Shown in pieces: positions 38,276-52,525 of a stretch of DNA of 64,000 nt. The stretch lies in NCBI RefSeq assembly GCF_036321535.1, contig NC_087437.1, forward strand, positions 32,180,001 to 32,244,000, given 5' to 3'. Origin of the DNA: Camelus dromedarius (lineage: Eukaryota). Under the pieces are notes generated by a model. That model did not search any database. It was not told where the DNA came from and saw only the letters and a list, made by a program, of their open reading frames with translations. Numbering within the stretch: the first letter of the stretch is position 1; every line of letters begins with the position of its first letter. The position numbers and the translations under genes are program-made.

Positions 38276-40439
38276 GAACTCCAATCATCATCACCATCAT
38301 CTAGCAAGAGAGAAGGGACAAAAAGGGTCTACCAAACTGATAATAGCATGAATGTTGTAAGAGTTCAGTGCCCATAACACATGACTGTAAAAGCACTGCC
38401 ACACCTGGCACAGATGCTGTAGACCAATGCCCCAGTCAAGACTGCTGAGCTCTGAGCAGCCCAGAGTCGGTAGTTAGCAATCCTACAACTAAAGAGGTGC
38501 CTTTAAACACTCTTATGTGTCCCTGCTCCCTGCTGTCAGGCTGAGAAGAAAAGGAAGTGGCCCTCCGTGTTGGACCTTGCATGTTCCCAAGGGCACGGCA
38601 GCTGAGGAAGCAGATTTGGGGAGCAGGAAGACAGGCACTTGAGAGGAAGCCTGGGTATCACAGGTGGGCTGGCTGTGGTGATGGTCTGTCCAGGGCAGAT
38701 TCTCTTCCAGGTAAAGGAATCTGATTCCAAGTCTTTTAGAATCCTGGGCCCATAAATAAACAAAACAACAAACTGAAATAAAACTAAAGTACAACTACTT
38801 ACTTTTAAAATTTTACTGAGTTAGAACATTTTTACAAAAAAGAAGTCATAACTAAAACATTTCTATCTACTTTCATAGAGGAGAGGGTGTCTTCCCACAC
38901 TCTCCCCACCTCCACCAACAGATGGGGTATACTTTGGGAGATCATTATCTCAGAGCGAGAGCCAACTCCTTAAACTGAATAAATGTAGTTTTATGAACAA
39001 CTTCCTACATAGTCTGTATCTTTCTCACTTCAATTTGGACCAGTGAAAATTCTGTTATGCATCTGTATGGGATCAACAATTAGTATTTGGGAGCCATTGG
39101 TATTGGGACTCCAACTCCCCTGAGGGAGTTTGAGACACAGCAGCAGACTCACTGCTGGAAAGAGCTGTCTGTACTCACTCCCCTTTCCCTCAGCTTCCCC
39201 TCATCTTTCACATAAGGGCCTTCCTCTGCCGTCACTTCACCAGAAATGGTCCCATTAAGTCACTGGGGACTTCCTACTGACTCAACTGAATGGGTACTTC
39301 TCAGACATCTTTCTTCGTCTTACTGGCATGGGAAACCATTGATCATTCCTGTCATTCTTTTATTTTTTTCTCTAGCATCATTACACTGTACCCCAGAGAA
39401 TTAGGTTCTGCTCTTTCTGACTTTTCACACACAACTGAGCCAGACAAGATTTTAGCTACAAAATATTAACAGTAATAATACAGATGTATGTTTTGTATGG
39501 GAAAATGTTGGGAGAAGTCTTTTTTTTTTTAATGTGGTAGTGTATATGTAACATTGCCAAGGACAAATGATTTAGGAAAATTAATATTTACTTCTTTTTA
39601 CGATACTTAGAAGAGGGTACAATCATATTTTTATCTCTAACTACTTACAGTAAGAAAAAACATACCAAAAAATGGCTTTATCCAAGTTCTAGAAGATGAT
39701 TTTCCCCCTTGCAGCTTATTGAATTAAATTTAACTACAAAATTACAAAAATATCAAGTTCTAAAGGCACTAAAAGCAATTACTCATGGGCAGTATTTTTT
39801 GACCCTATTTCTCTAAAGATAGCATTATAACTTCTACATCTCTATTTTTTAAATTTATGTCTAAAATGTATCTTTTTAGCTGATCTTTCTTTCCTAAAAC
39901 AACATTTTCTATTGTGTTGACATATAAGATAGTCTTTTTGTGGGTACTGTACATTTTAGACTTTAGCACTGTCATGGGGATAAAATTAGCCTTTTCCTTT
40001 TCTTAAAACCTTGGGGTTTTAAAAGCTAAATCATTAAACAGTGAAAGTCCTAACTACAAACTTACTACTAACCTAAGAGTTTATTCATTTAATTTTTAGA
40101 AATTTTTAGAAACATTTCTAAGATTTATATAGTCTCTTTATAGAGCCTTCCTTAATCTTTGCACAGAGTAGGTATTCAGAATTTATTTATTGAGTTGAAT
40201 CTTGCAAGGAAATGATGCATCATCTAAACTCTTGATTTGTATCTTTCATTTGTCACTTTTCAGTCAGCTCTGTATTAAAATTACATTTGTATTTCATATC
40301 ACTAATGAGCCTGTCAGTTTCTTGAGGTAGGAATCATGTCTTGTATATCTTTGTCTACTTCATAGAGCCTCGCACAGCTCCTTTCATATTGCAAATGTTC
40401 AGTAAATATTTAAACTGGGGTGGGGGGAGGACCACATGA

Positions 40440-42860
40440 AAACTTACAGCAAATCTCAAACTAGTGAAATGTTTGAAAAATTCTCTTTGAAATCAGGAAT
40501 GAGACAGGAAGATCTGCTATCACCCCTTGTGTTCAGTGGTGAATTCAGTGGAGTAACAAGGACAGATTTATCCTATACTTGAAAAACCAAAAAATGGAAA
40601 ACATACATGAAAATTGGTTTCTGTGACATTGGCTATCAATCAGTGTAGGATAGTCATTCCTGAAATATGAAAAACAAATGAGATGAGCCCTCTGTTTGCC
40701 CCAGACTATTGCTTTGACAGGGTTTCCACACCAGGTTTGCAGATATGCACACCCAAGGGGAGAAAGGTGAACTCTCTGAGTTCAGGAGAAGGAGCTACAG
40801 TCCAGAGAGACCAAGGTGGCTAGGCCATGCAGCTTGAAGACCAGAGAGGAGAGAGCTGTTGTGACCCTCTCTGTAGGACCTGTGAGTATAACAGACTTTA
40901 TTTTCTTGAATCTCTCTTGTGTCTCCTCTTGTGGCTGCACCTGACTGACCATCACATAAAAGAACAAAGAACACAGGAAAACACTGGCTCTTTCATTCTG
41001 TTTCATTGGTTTGCTTATCCATCACTCTTAATCCCACACTAACTTCATGATTAAAGCTGTGTTAATTGAGAGACAGTGTCTTAATGACAGAATTATAGAT
41101 AAGCAAATGAGTAAAAAAAGAATGATAAAGCAAAAAAAAAGTCTCATCAATACCTGGAAACAATATTATTTCATGCCTGGAATTGCAGATCAATGAGGAA
41201 AATAAAAACTACTTAATAAGTGGTGTTAGGACTAATGATTAGCTAGTCAAATGGTAAAAAGGAAAACTGGAATTTAATCTCACAAAATGAAATTTATGTA
41301 TAAGTAAAGTGAAGATTAAAGTGTGAAAATAGATAAATGTTTTGAAGTTGGCGTAGAAAATTTAATATAAAAACTATAAATAGTTTGATAAATTCATCTA
41401 CACTGCAATTTCAAACTTCTGTTAATCAAAAGATATTGCAGAGTAAGTGAAAGGGCAAATACCAGCTGGGAGAAAAATATCTTCAACACACATAACTGGC
41501 AACACACACATATATAGCCAGACTATATAAAGAACCAAAAAGAAAAAAAAGCAAACAACGAGATGTTTGAAAAATGGACAAAAGAGATGGACAGTTTACA
41601 GAAGATGAAACATGGATGGTCAAAAAACACATGAAAGACACTCATCTACATTAATATCCAAGAAAATGCAAAAGAGAGCCACAGTGGGAAGTTATTTTAC
41701 ACTCATCAAAGGCAAAGATCTAAAAAGTCTGAAAATACCAAAGGTTGTTGAGAAGACAGAGTTTGAGGGAAACCTTTGCCTGGTGTCAAAAAAATGGTGC
41801 TATCACCTTTGGGAAAAATTTGGTAATAACTTGCAAAGTTGAAGAAGTGCATACTCAGCAATTCCATTCCCTTTTAAGAGCCCTAGAGAAACACTCACAT
41901 GTATGTACCAGGAGACATACAAGAATGTTCGTAGCATCATTTCAATAAACTCTTGTTTTCACCAACCCAAAAAGAGAATTAAAAGAAACACATAAATAGG
42001 ATACTGGGTAAACAGGTCGGAGAACAGTCACAAATGAAGTAGTATACAGCAGTGAAAAATAACGAATCAGAGCTATAACTTTCAATGCAGAAGAATCTCA
42101 CAAATGCAATTAAGTGGAAACAAATGTACATAGACCTTGAATCTTTACAGAGACTACAGCTGATAAGCCACTCTTGCTTCCTTCCCTGTTACAGAGCACC
42201 AATACTACTTGGCAAATTGCTTCCCAAAATAAAGGGGACCTTTCAACTTGGTGTGGTCATGTGATTTAGTTCTGGCCAATGAGCTGTAAGTGGAAGTGAT
42301 GACTAGGATTTCCGGGAGCTTTTAAAGGTGTTGTGCTCAGTTGCTAATGATTTTTTTTTTTTTTTTTTTTTGGTCTTTCTGCCTTTTCCCCTTCTTCTAG
42401 TCAGCAGTGTGAATGTAATGGCTGAAACTTCAGTAGCTAACTTTAGATTATAAAGTGATGCAGAAAATGGAAGCCATGAGCTAGGATGAAACTACATTCC
42501 TAGGTATCCCTAGATCAGCCCTGATGGCCCATCTCCAGCTTCTCTGTATGTGATAGAAGAATAAACGTGTATTCTGTTTAAGCTGCTTTCATTTTGTGTT
42601 TTTCTGTTACATCTATTTGTTTCTATTTACATCTGTATCAGATGTAAATAAGATTTAAAAACATGCAAAGTAATTAGTATGTAGCAAAGGCCTGGAAAGC
42701 ATGCAGTGGTAAACAACAAATTTAGGATAGTTATTACTTTCGGGGTGGGATGCAGGGGGAGTAGATGGGACATGTATATACAACATATATTGGGTTTCGA
42801 TTCATTTTGTTTTATTCTTTATACCTTTTTGCATGTCTTAAATGCTCACATAAAACTGTT
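40440..42860 (+). mobile_element. Fragmented old L1 with a nested MaLR/ERVL LTR (~42140-42620)
   Basis: tttgaaatcaggaatgagacagga, aaaaatggacaaaaga, cagcaattccattcc. The LTR shows gtcatgtgatttagttctggccaatgag and tgtttaagctgct. Confidence 0.65.
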
Positions 42861-44689
42861 TAAGCCTTTGGAGCCCTTGGAGCTCTGGGAGCATCAAGCA
42901 TGCCAAGTTATCATTGTGGACTCTGCGTGCAATGTGCCTTCCTCAATTCTCCTTTACCTTGGGTGACCTGAGTTGGACAAGTAGAAATAAACCTGCTTTT
43001 CCCTAAAGGCTAAAACAGTCACCCTATATATTTCCTCTCCTCTTCTCTCATCCCTCACAGATACACGCAGAAGCTTTCCTTTAGCTGAAAGTCTTTCCAA
43101 TATTGAAACATTTTCATATTTCCTTTCTAAGTGTCACTTCAGCCTGTATTCCTAGAAAGGGAGAAGCAGGAGGACAGGAGAGAAGGCCTCTATCATCTCT
43201 GCACCTTAGGGTGGAGTTTGGTTCTACTGCACATTAAGTGTTCCTTTTCTCAGATGGCATCATTCCAAAGAGCTGAAGAAGAGGGGGCTTTGCTACGGGG
43301 CCAGCTGTTGCTTAGGGCTTGGCACGTCAGGCTGCTCGCTCCCCACCATGCTAAGAGGATGTCAAATCCATTGGATATTTAAGAGCATGCCAAGAGCAAA
43401 CAGCTTCTACAATGACAGTGTAACAATTTCCCGCTGGAACGTTTCACAAATGGGTTGATGGGATTCGACAGCATGCCTTTTTCAGAAGACTTTATAGACA
43501 CGATCGCTTATATAAAGATGAAAGTGGTGTTTTGGGGAAAACGCCAAGTTGCAAATCTGAGGTGGAGAAGATATTCCATTAACCTTGTATCTATGAGACT
43601 GTCTATTAATTTCAAATGATAAAGGGATGTCAGATAAAGCCAATTAGCATAAAACACTCTTAGTCAGCTTTGCAAACCTTCAACAAATAGCAACAAGAAT
43701 GAAGGACATTTGGGGATGGAGTTTTTCCAAGGAACTATTAGAAGCGATTGTGTCTTCACTTTCTTTCATCTTGTATATTCTCTGTGCAAGTCCTAAGGCA
43801 ACTACTAAGTGATTTTCTAAATCCACTCTTCTGCCTGTCTCTTCTCTCCTTTGTGATTTAATGCCTTGGATCTCTTTACAGAGAAGAGACAAATGGTGAC
43901 ACATTCTTCTGGGGAAGGAAATACATGATTACACTTGATTTTCAGAATGTCTGAGAGTCCCTCAGCCTGCTGGGAAACTGCCATTTTTAAATTCATGATG
44001 CAACTGTGGTGATGAGGTTTTTCCACTTGAGGTTATTTCAGTGATTAAGAGTGAGGACTGAGGTACAATCATGGGTGAGCACTGTACAAATTGGGTTTGT
44101 GTGGTGGTGACTGTTTGTTCTCCAAATATACCCCTGGGTATATTATTACAGGTACATTTTTAATGTTCACTTTATGTTTGGCTCTGGGTCGATCAACATG
44201 GAGGACACAAGAGGCATCTAAGGTATGGGTTTTTCTACTGCTGTAAGGAACTTGGAGGCAAGGACTAGGACTTACTCATCTCTGTTTCCCCAATGCCTGG
44301 CATACAGTGAGTGCTCAAAAAACAATTTTTGAGCAAATAAATTTATACATCAAACAATTAAACAATGAGCCTATAGTAATATGCCATAAACTAACAAAAT
44401 ATATGTAACATAATAATATAGTAATATAATATAGTATCTACCAAATTGTGATACTGACTATATGAGCTATAGAAGCTCCAAGAAGAGGAAAGTCATGCTA
44501 AGAGAATGCTTTGTAGAAGTCGAATTTGAGGAGGCACTTGAATGCTGGATACAAAATAAGAACAGACAGCATTCCAGGGGCATGACTAATATGAGCAAAG
44601 GTATAGCAGTAGATATGAATAAGGATGCTTGCAAGATTAGTAGAATAGCCTTGTGTTGAAAGTATAAAGCATTCCTTTTGGAGAAATAA

Positions 44690-45150
44690 TGACCCCCACA
44701 GCATCTGCTACAAATTCCTCAATTAATCTTAGCTGCTTATCCTTTCATATGCTCAGAGAAGGTGATCAATAATGATGGTTTCATTCTTTTTGCCAACGAC
44801 TAGTTTTGTCAAGGGCACATAAGCTAATCCTAGAGAAAGAGTTTGTGGACTTCTGGGAAAAGGGTCTTCTTCACCAATTAAAGGGAAAGCCTGTTTCTTC
44901 ACAGGGCATTGTCCTGTCTGCATGTGATCTCTGGAGCTATGGCAGCCATCTTGCACCCATGAGGAGAGACATAACCATACACAAAGATGACAGGGCAAAA
45001 AGATGGACAGCACTAGAGTCTGTGACAACACAGTCCAGCCAATCCTGAAAACATTGGCCCTGAACTTACAAAGTGAGATATTATGTGCTATCATCATTTG
45101 AGCCATTTTTGGATTGACTTTTCTGTTGTACTCAAAAGCATCTACACAGT
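44690..45150 (+). mobile_element. ERVL/MaLR-type LTR remnant
   Basis: ctggagctatggcagccatcttg...catgagg and a terminal tttgagccatttttggattgacttttctgttgtactcaaaagcatc. Confidence 0.6.
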
Positions 45151-45234
45151 TAATTTCTCCAAATAATGGAGGAGACTTTAGTGCCTTTGGCTCCACTAAG
45201 TAATAGAAAGAGACAATAACAATTTTAATAACCA

Positions 45235-45835
45235 TTGTTAGCATTTATTGAATGTTTACTATACACCAGGGGCTTTCCTTAGTGCTCTATATCATTTAAG
45301 GAGGAGGTAAATATTTGTATTAGTTAAGGCAATGCTACCTGCTCTAAGAAACACCAAAATGTAGAGCAGCTCAGACACAATAGAAGCATCTTTATTCATC
45401 CAAGTGCAGTGTAAGTATTCCTGATTGGCAGGCAGTTCTCCTCCAAATGGAGGCCCAGGGGACCCAGGCTCTTTCCAAATTGTTGCTTTTCATTTCCAAT
45501 GTGTGGCTTCCTAGGATGTTCTGGACACTGATAATAAGCTAGCAAATGAGGAAACAGGTACAGAAGGTGTGCCTACTTCCAAACCACATTAACAGAAAGC
45601 AACACACATCACTTCTACTTACATTTCATTGAGCTAACCACATAGCCCCACCTAGATACAATGAGGGCCAAGAAATATAGTTCCTGGCCAGGAAGCCGCT
45701 TCACAGAAAAATTCTATACAATGGAAGGGGAACAAGAATCATCCTTGAGGACCCTTAATATCTCCATTTTGCAGTTGAGGAAACTGATGTGTAGAGAATT
45801 TAAGCAACTTACCTGAGGTCACAGTGGTGGAGTGC
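45235..45835 (-). mobile_element. MIR split by an MLT1-like LTR (~45318-45750)
   Basis: MIR tail agcatttattgaatgtttactatacaccagg and MIR core ccattttgcagttgaggaaactga flank a tgtattagttaagg...acatcacttctacttacatttcattg LTR. Confidence 0.65.
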
Positions 45836-47244
45836 ACTATTCTCCTTGAAAACATTCTCTGTCTTAAAAATTACTACCCAATTTTCTTGGGTATTTGCTT
45901 TGTCTATAATTATGGATACCTGTTACTAAGTCAGGAACTGTTAAGTATAACAGGAGGATAATGTGGAGGCCAAATTCAACTGAAATACTGAAACTTAATG
46001 AGGACTGCCCCACCCATGTAGCCTCATCTCCCCCACCTCCATTTGGAAATGCATGGTCACTTTGGATTGTCGCAAACGCTGGGGGGTACTACCCAAATTA
46101 ACCTTTTGTGGCCCGGGATAGCCTGACTCTATGAAGAACTGTCCCATTCAAAAAGTCAGTGGTGTCTCTGCATGACAGCAGACCAAGGTTGTCCCTTCTG
46201 TGCAGGGCTTACATGCTAGTGTGGAGAAAAGATGTGGTTTAGCTGGAGCACAGATTCTGGGAGTAGAAGGTCTCTGCCTGAGTTCTGTCCTACCACTTAC
46301 AAGCTAGCTGAGGGGAAGTGAGGCTCTGAAAATAGCTCCAGGAAGGAATGGAATGGCTGAAGTATAATAAGAAGCAGAGGAAGAGAGAGTCCACCCAGGA
46401 GGGATTTAGCTCTGTGTGGATACAGGCTGGACTCCTGGTAAGGGGTGAACATGACCTCATTCAGCAGAGAGAGCCACAGGGAGTCAGTTACAGAGCCTGC
46501 TCTCTGGCTGTTTCAGTCTTGAATGGAAGGATGAGTAGAGTTGCTGGAGGGAAAAGTGGAAACTGATCGTGACTGAAGGAGGGTAGAGAGACGAGTTACT
46601 GTTGTTCTGAGGGTAAGAAGCCTCTTCCAGCTTTTTCCATTACTGTTCCTTTTAGATTCTCTCTCCATACAGGGCTGGGGTGACTTCCCACTAAATTGAG
46701 GCCCAGGGTCTGGACTCCAAGGATGATGACTGCAGCATCTCTATGCCAGACAGGAATGGTTCTAAATGCTCAGTACCTGCATACAGATGTCTTGTCTAAC
46801 CCAGCCCCTGGCCTGGTGCGCTTAGCACCAAGTGAGAGTTGACTTACTAACTGGAAATGGAAGCATGAATGTATGTATGAGTGAGTTCTCTTGATAACCT
46901 TCCCATCGGTGGATAAGCATTACTGTTCAGGTTTGCAGGGTGAGGAAACCGAGATTGCTAAAGCTTCTGGGGAAAAGAGAGAAATTAGCAGTGCAGGGAA
47001 GGTATCTGCTACCTTTTAACAAATGGCTTTAATGAACTGAATAGAAAAAAGCTTTATAAAATGCTCCTCCAGCAAATAGCAAAGTTTTGTTTTAAAAGTG
47101 AGCAAACAAGGTGAACAGGAGACTAGAGACTCATAATGGACCAATTCTACCAAGACACACACTAAAGAAATACCTTCCTAACAGATTGCTCTCACTCATG
47201 GTCTAGAGTCTGTGACCACGTTTTAAAAGTTGTGGGGAAACTAG

Positions 47245-47470
47245 AGCCAGAGCTGCCAACTCAAAAGCTCACAGGTCCCCAGGGTTCTTGTTCCATCTTA
47301 GGAGGTGAAACCATGCCTCAGCTTCAGCCATTGTCACTGTCATGGAGAAAACTGTTTCAGTAGCTGAATTTTCCCATTTCCAAGAGAAGCCCAAGTCTCC
47401 ATTTTTATGTGAAATCTCTTTGTTTTTAAATATTGGCAACAAATTAAAAATCTTTTACAACCAGATCCCA
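47245..47470. mobile_element. hAT-Charlie (MER102-like) remnant
   Basis: caagagaagcccaagtctccatttttatgtgaaatctc...ttttaaatattggcaac. Confidence 0.55.
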
Positions 47471-49874
47471 GAACATTATCCAGCTTCAGCTCTCTGGTAT
47501 TGTGTCCTCAAAACAGATTTTAGGAGAGAAGGATAAGACACTGAAGCTGGTAGCAGAAAATGTTCAAGAAGGAGGAGGGTGTGAGCTGGAGCCCTCCTTG
47601 GCGATGTAGCCTGGGATTCCTGGTCCCATCAGTGCCTGTTTCTGGGTTACCAGAGGGCACTTTGCTCCAGATCTTGGTCCCTGAACACCTCTCCTCCCCA
47701 AGGTGGGTCCTGGGGAAGCCACCCCACTTGTATGGCTTTAGATAAAGCCCAGTAGCACCAAGCCAGAGAATGACCCTTTCAGGTATGTATTGTACATTTA
47801 TGTCTCTTTCAAGAACCAGAATTGCTAGCCCGGAACCTTGTGTGGTGGTGATGAGGCACGTACTGAGATGCCTTGAGATGAAGAAAAATGGAAACCTGTC
47901 TGGATGCATCCCTTATCCAGACCATGGCCCTCAACCTGGATCACTGACTGCTGGAGTAGAAGTGTTTACCACGCTTGCCTGCATCATCTGGAATTGAGAA
48001 CTGTGTACCCGGCAATTTGTAGATGGTGATCAGACACCATCAGATCTCAAACCTATACCCTTTTATGAATTTCAGATTCTGTGAGAGAAAAGGGTCATGG
48101 TGTGCAATAAAGAACTTGACGAGCACAGCTCAGGTGAAGAACAAGATGTGAAATATTTTTTGCTATGGAAATTCTTTGTAAGATATGTACATACTTCTAA
48201 CTTTCAATCAGTGTCTTGCATTCAACAGACTTCAGTTCATTCTTTCCGTATGGTCTGAGAAAGCTGTTAACGTGTGCTCTTCAAGCAAGTGAGGAGATCA
48301 GCATAGAATTTCCAGTGAGTAATATTTACCTTTTTGATGTTTGAATAGTTTTGCTCATTTGTAAAATGATTGCAATCTGCCGAAACTGGGTTTTGTTTAG
48401 ACTCTCTGGGAAAACCCTGATATCACCGCTCTACATCCCTACAGAATTAGTGCTGTAGGGACCTGTACAGAAACGTGTTTATGCTTTAACTGCTAGCCAC
48501 TTTCTTAAAGATTATATAAAGTATCAACAACAACAGAATCTGTTGGGCCACCCAAGCTGGCAGCTGCTTAGTTTGTAGATGGGTGCCAGTCAGCCAGAAA
48601 GATGAACTGAGCTAAAGACAAGTGTATTCTGTGAGTTGAATTTATACCTTGGATTATTTCTGAGCACAACAGAATGGTATTAGAGCTACACACCTGAAAT
48701 ATTAGTAAGAGCCTACAAATGACATATTGGGTGGTATTTGTCTCATTGGACTAACATTTACTGGCTCAGATGGACGGACCTTGATGTGCGGGTTGTGTGA
48801 GACCTGTGAGCTTTCTCCTTTTGCACTATTTAAAGAAAAATCAGGAGAGTTTACAAAAGAATAAACTGAAGACTCCGTTTTCTAATAGTTTTGTTTTTGC
48901 CATAAAAGATTACTGAGAATTTGAAAATGGAGAGTGACATATGTGTACACGTGTGTGTGTGTTTATGTATCTCAAAGCTAAAAGTGATTTCAAAAAGAAA
49001 AATGTAGCTTTTGTTTATTAGCATCAAACAAAATTCTATGCAATTTTATAGGTAAGATCTGAATTTTCATAGTAATAAAATTGATAGCATCTCTTAAGGT
49101 GATGAGTAACTTATTGCTGCATTTTGTGTCGGAGAGAGTAGATTTCATGAAAAATACAGTAACAAAACGTGATCTAAAACTTTTTGAAAACCTGCTTTTC
49201 TCCTGACTCTATTCTTTTCTTTAATATATATATTAAAAGAAGTTAAAGGAATGGCCAATAAAAAGAGGTTTCAACATTCAAATTCTAAGACAAGCTTCTA
49301 AGATACTTCTGTGTGAATTGTTTTTCCTCTCTGAGTCTGAAATGTGGTTAGGATCTACCCGTAAGCTCTCTTTTGAATACCATTTCTTTTGATCATATTC
49401 ATTTTCAAAACACATTCTTTAGGACCTAAGTATGGAGCACTTTGATAAATAAGATAGGCCTCTGTATCATTTCAGATTCCAAACCCACAATCATGCTCCA
49501 TGCCGTCAAGGATCAGGAAGTTGGAAGCAGCTAACAGAAAGTTAAGCTGATCTGCTTGCATGATTTTTTTCCCAGTGCTGCATTTTAGAAGTTAACCACT
49601 ACCAAAAAGCCACTAAATAAGAGGTCAAACAAACACACATGGTTCTCCAAATGCATCACTTTTCCTAAACTAGGAGCTATTCAAAAGTGGCAAATTGTTT
49701 TAGGCCTTTTTCTCAATTTGGGAAAGAGTTGTGAAATAAAACTTTGCTTTTTAGGAATTTAATGGCTCAATTCTATTCTAACCCTTCAAAGAAACTCTTC
49801 TAAAATCCTCAATTAGGATTGATTTCTTTGTCCTCTATGTCCTTCATACCATTAAAAAAATCCCTTGTTCTTTT

Positions 49875-50944
49875 AAAGAACAGAAAAACAATAGAGGGAT
49901 TTAAGAAACTAAAAGTTGGTTCCTTGAAATAGCAATGAAATTGACAAAACTCTGGCTAGACTCACCAAGAAAAAAGAGAAGACACAACTGAAATAAAAAA
50001 TAAAAGCAGGTTGTTACTAGCAATCTTTTAGAAAATAAAATGGATTAAAAGAAATTGCTATGAATAATTGTGGGCCAACAAATTAAATAGCCTAGATGAA
50101 ATGGACAAATTACTAGAAACACACAAATAACCAAAACTGACTTAGAAGAAATAAAAAGCTGAACAGATCTATAACAAGAGATTGACTCAGTAATCAAATC
50201 TTCCAGCAAATAAAAATCCAGGATGATACACCTTCATTGGTAAGTTTTACCAAACATTAAAAACAGAATTAATACCAATCATACACTCTTCCAAAAAATT
50301 GGAAAAGACAGAACACTTCCAAAAATCATTCTATAAGGCCAGTATTACCTCAGAACCAAGGCCAGATAAAGACTCTATAAGCAAGCAAGCAAACAAACAA
50401 AACTACAGATGATAGCCTTTATAAATATAGATACACAAATCACAAACAAAAGTAGCCAACTGAATTCAACAGCATATTAGAAAGGATTACATACAGACAA
50501 GTAGGGTTTAACCTAAAAATGCAAGAATGGGTAAACATATGAAAATCAATCAATATAATACACCACATTAATAGAGTGAAAAAGCCACACTATCATCTCA
50601 ACTGACACAGGAAACATGTTTGAGAAAATCCAGACATGGATTTTCATGATAAAAGCACTCAGAAAGCTAGGAATAGAAGGCCATTTCCTCAACATGATAA
50701 AGGGCATTTATGAAAACCCCACAGCTAACATCATACTCAATGGTGAAAGACTAAGCATTCTCCCTAAGATGAGGAACAATAAAATGGTGCCTATTTTCAC
50801 CACTGCTATTCAACATTGCACTGGATGTTCTAGCCAGAGCAATTAGGCAAGAAAAGGAAATAAAAGACATCCAAATTGGAAAGGAAAAAGTAAAACTGTC
50901 TCTATTCATAGATGACATGGTCCTATATATAGAAAATTGCAAAG

Positions 50945-50981
<37 letters not shown>

Positions 50982-51622
50982 ACACAAAACTACTTGAGCT
51001 AATAAATGAATGCAGCAAAGTTGCAGGGTACAAGATGAACACAGAAAATCAATTGTGTTTCTTATACTCCAGCAATGTACTATCCAAAAAGGAAATTAAG
51101 AAACAATTCCATTTATAATAGCATCCAAAGCATAATATACCTAGAAGTAAATTTAACCAAGCAGGTGAAAGACTTGTACTCTGAACACTGTAAGACATTG
51201 CTAAGAGAAATTAAAGTAGACTTAAATAAATGGAAATACATAATCCATGATTATGGATTGGAAGACCTAATATTATTAAAAGGCAATTCTATCCAAAGTG
51301 CTCTACAGAGCCAATGAAGTCCCTATCAAAGTTCCAACAGCCTGTTTTTTTTTTTTCAGAAATGGAAAAGATGATCCCCAAATTCATATGGACTTGGAAG
51401 GGAACTTGGATAGCCAAGACAGTATTGAAAAAGAAGAACAAAGTTGGAGGATTCACACTTCCCAACTTTAAAAGTTATGACAATGCTACAGTAATCAAAA
51501 CAGTGTGGTAACAGTGTGGTACTGGCATAACAATAGATGTAGATTTAATGGAATAGGATAGAGAATCCATAAATAAACCCATACATTTATGACCAACTGA
51601 TTTTTGACAAGGATGCCTTGAC
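49875..51622 (+). mobile_element. L1 ORF2 (reverse-transcriptase region) fragment with an internal (CA)n at ~50946-50986
   Basis: Broken-frame ORF2 peptides FMIKALRKLGIEGHFLNMIKGIYENPTANIILNGERL and KKKNKVGGFTLPNFKSY. Confidence 0.92.
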
Positions 51623-51732
51623 TAGGAGTGAATGGGATGTTTTAAGCTGTACCTCATCAGTTTTGTTTGTACTTGGTACTGAATGGCCTCATTAAGTTCT
51701 GTGCTCCAAGTATTTATTTGTCAATTGTCAAG

Positions 51733-51862
51733 TGAGTTCTATGTTGTCTACAGACATGGAAAAGTGGAAAAAGCACTCTCCATGAGCCTTCTGCTGTGCC
51801 AGGTAGGTGGGGATCTGACAAATTTTATAGGCTGCTACCTGACTAACCAACTGCATATTCAG
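51733..51862 (+). pseudogene. SLC66A1L: SLC66A1L exon A (130 nt, open frame)
   Basis: tttgtcaattgtcaAG|t then EFYVVYRHGKVEKALSMSLLLCQVGGDLTNFIGCYLTNQLHIQ|GTAAAC. Matches the first PQ loop and TM2 of the PQLC2 family. Confidence 0.92.
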
Positions 51863-51932
51863 GTAAACCTTTCTCAGGATTAATCTTCAAAGAGTGAAAG
51901 TTTTGTGTTATGTATGCACGGAGGGCTTCATG

Positions 51933-52066
51933 TACAGGTGTCCCAGATTTGGCAAATGAAAATATAGACCCTCAGGTAAATGTGACTTTCAGATAAACAA
52001 CGGTTAACTTTTTAAATATACCTCAAATATTACATGAAAAATCTTGTACTTTCTCTGACAACCTGC
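51933..52066 (+). mobile_element. MER53-like hAT DNA transposon remnant in a SLC66A1L intron
   Basis: ccagatttggcaaatgaaaatatagaccctcaggtaaatgtgactttcagataaacaacg. Confidence 0.65.
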
Positions 52067-52525
52067 TTAATGTTGCAACTTGTTTAGACTAGAAAAGAGG
52101 CCAGTCTGTTTTCAGATATTTGTTTTCAGCTGTTCTTTAAAACAAAAAACCTACATCCAGTTTTAATTTCTTGTCTTCATCCAGTTTTAATATTTTCTTG
52201 CCTCAAGGTAGCTGAACATGATATGCTGCCATTAGGGGATATCTTATTCTTTTTTATACTAATGCTGAAGAACAATCCACAGATGCTGACAGATAGTCCA
52301 TAACTGGGAGTAATCATTAAAAATAGTCAGTGGCTACAGACAAACATCTCTGCAAACATATTCAAATGGAAAAAAAATAAAATGGAAGATTTGTGAGCTT
52401 TTAAAATGTCTGTTAATGTATTTAATTGCGTAAATGGCTTTGTCACCTTCATACACCAAAGACATTGGATCATAGTGGCTTTGGATTTTATATTCATGGA
52501 TGTCCATCCTTATTTACCACTCCAG

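Noticed and set aside
44753..45244. 163-aa minus-strand ORF
   Set aside because: Lies across an old LTR remnant, with no protein similarity that I recognise.
48525..48580. Faint resemblance to the missing SLC66A1L N-terminal exon (RIC...WQLL...C)
   Set aside because: Needs several indels and lacks the downstream GLISI.CF segment and a phase-2 donor, so it is not supportable by eye.
50616..51511. Run of plus-strand ORFs resembling reverse transcriptase
   Set aside because: Frameshifted L1 ORF2 remnant with an internal microsatellite; not an active or domesticated RT.
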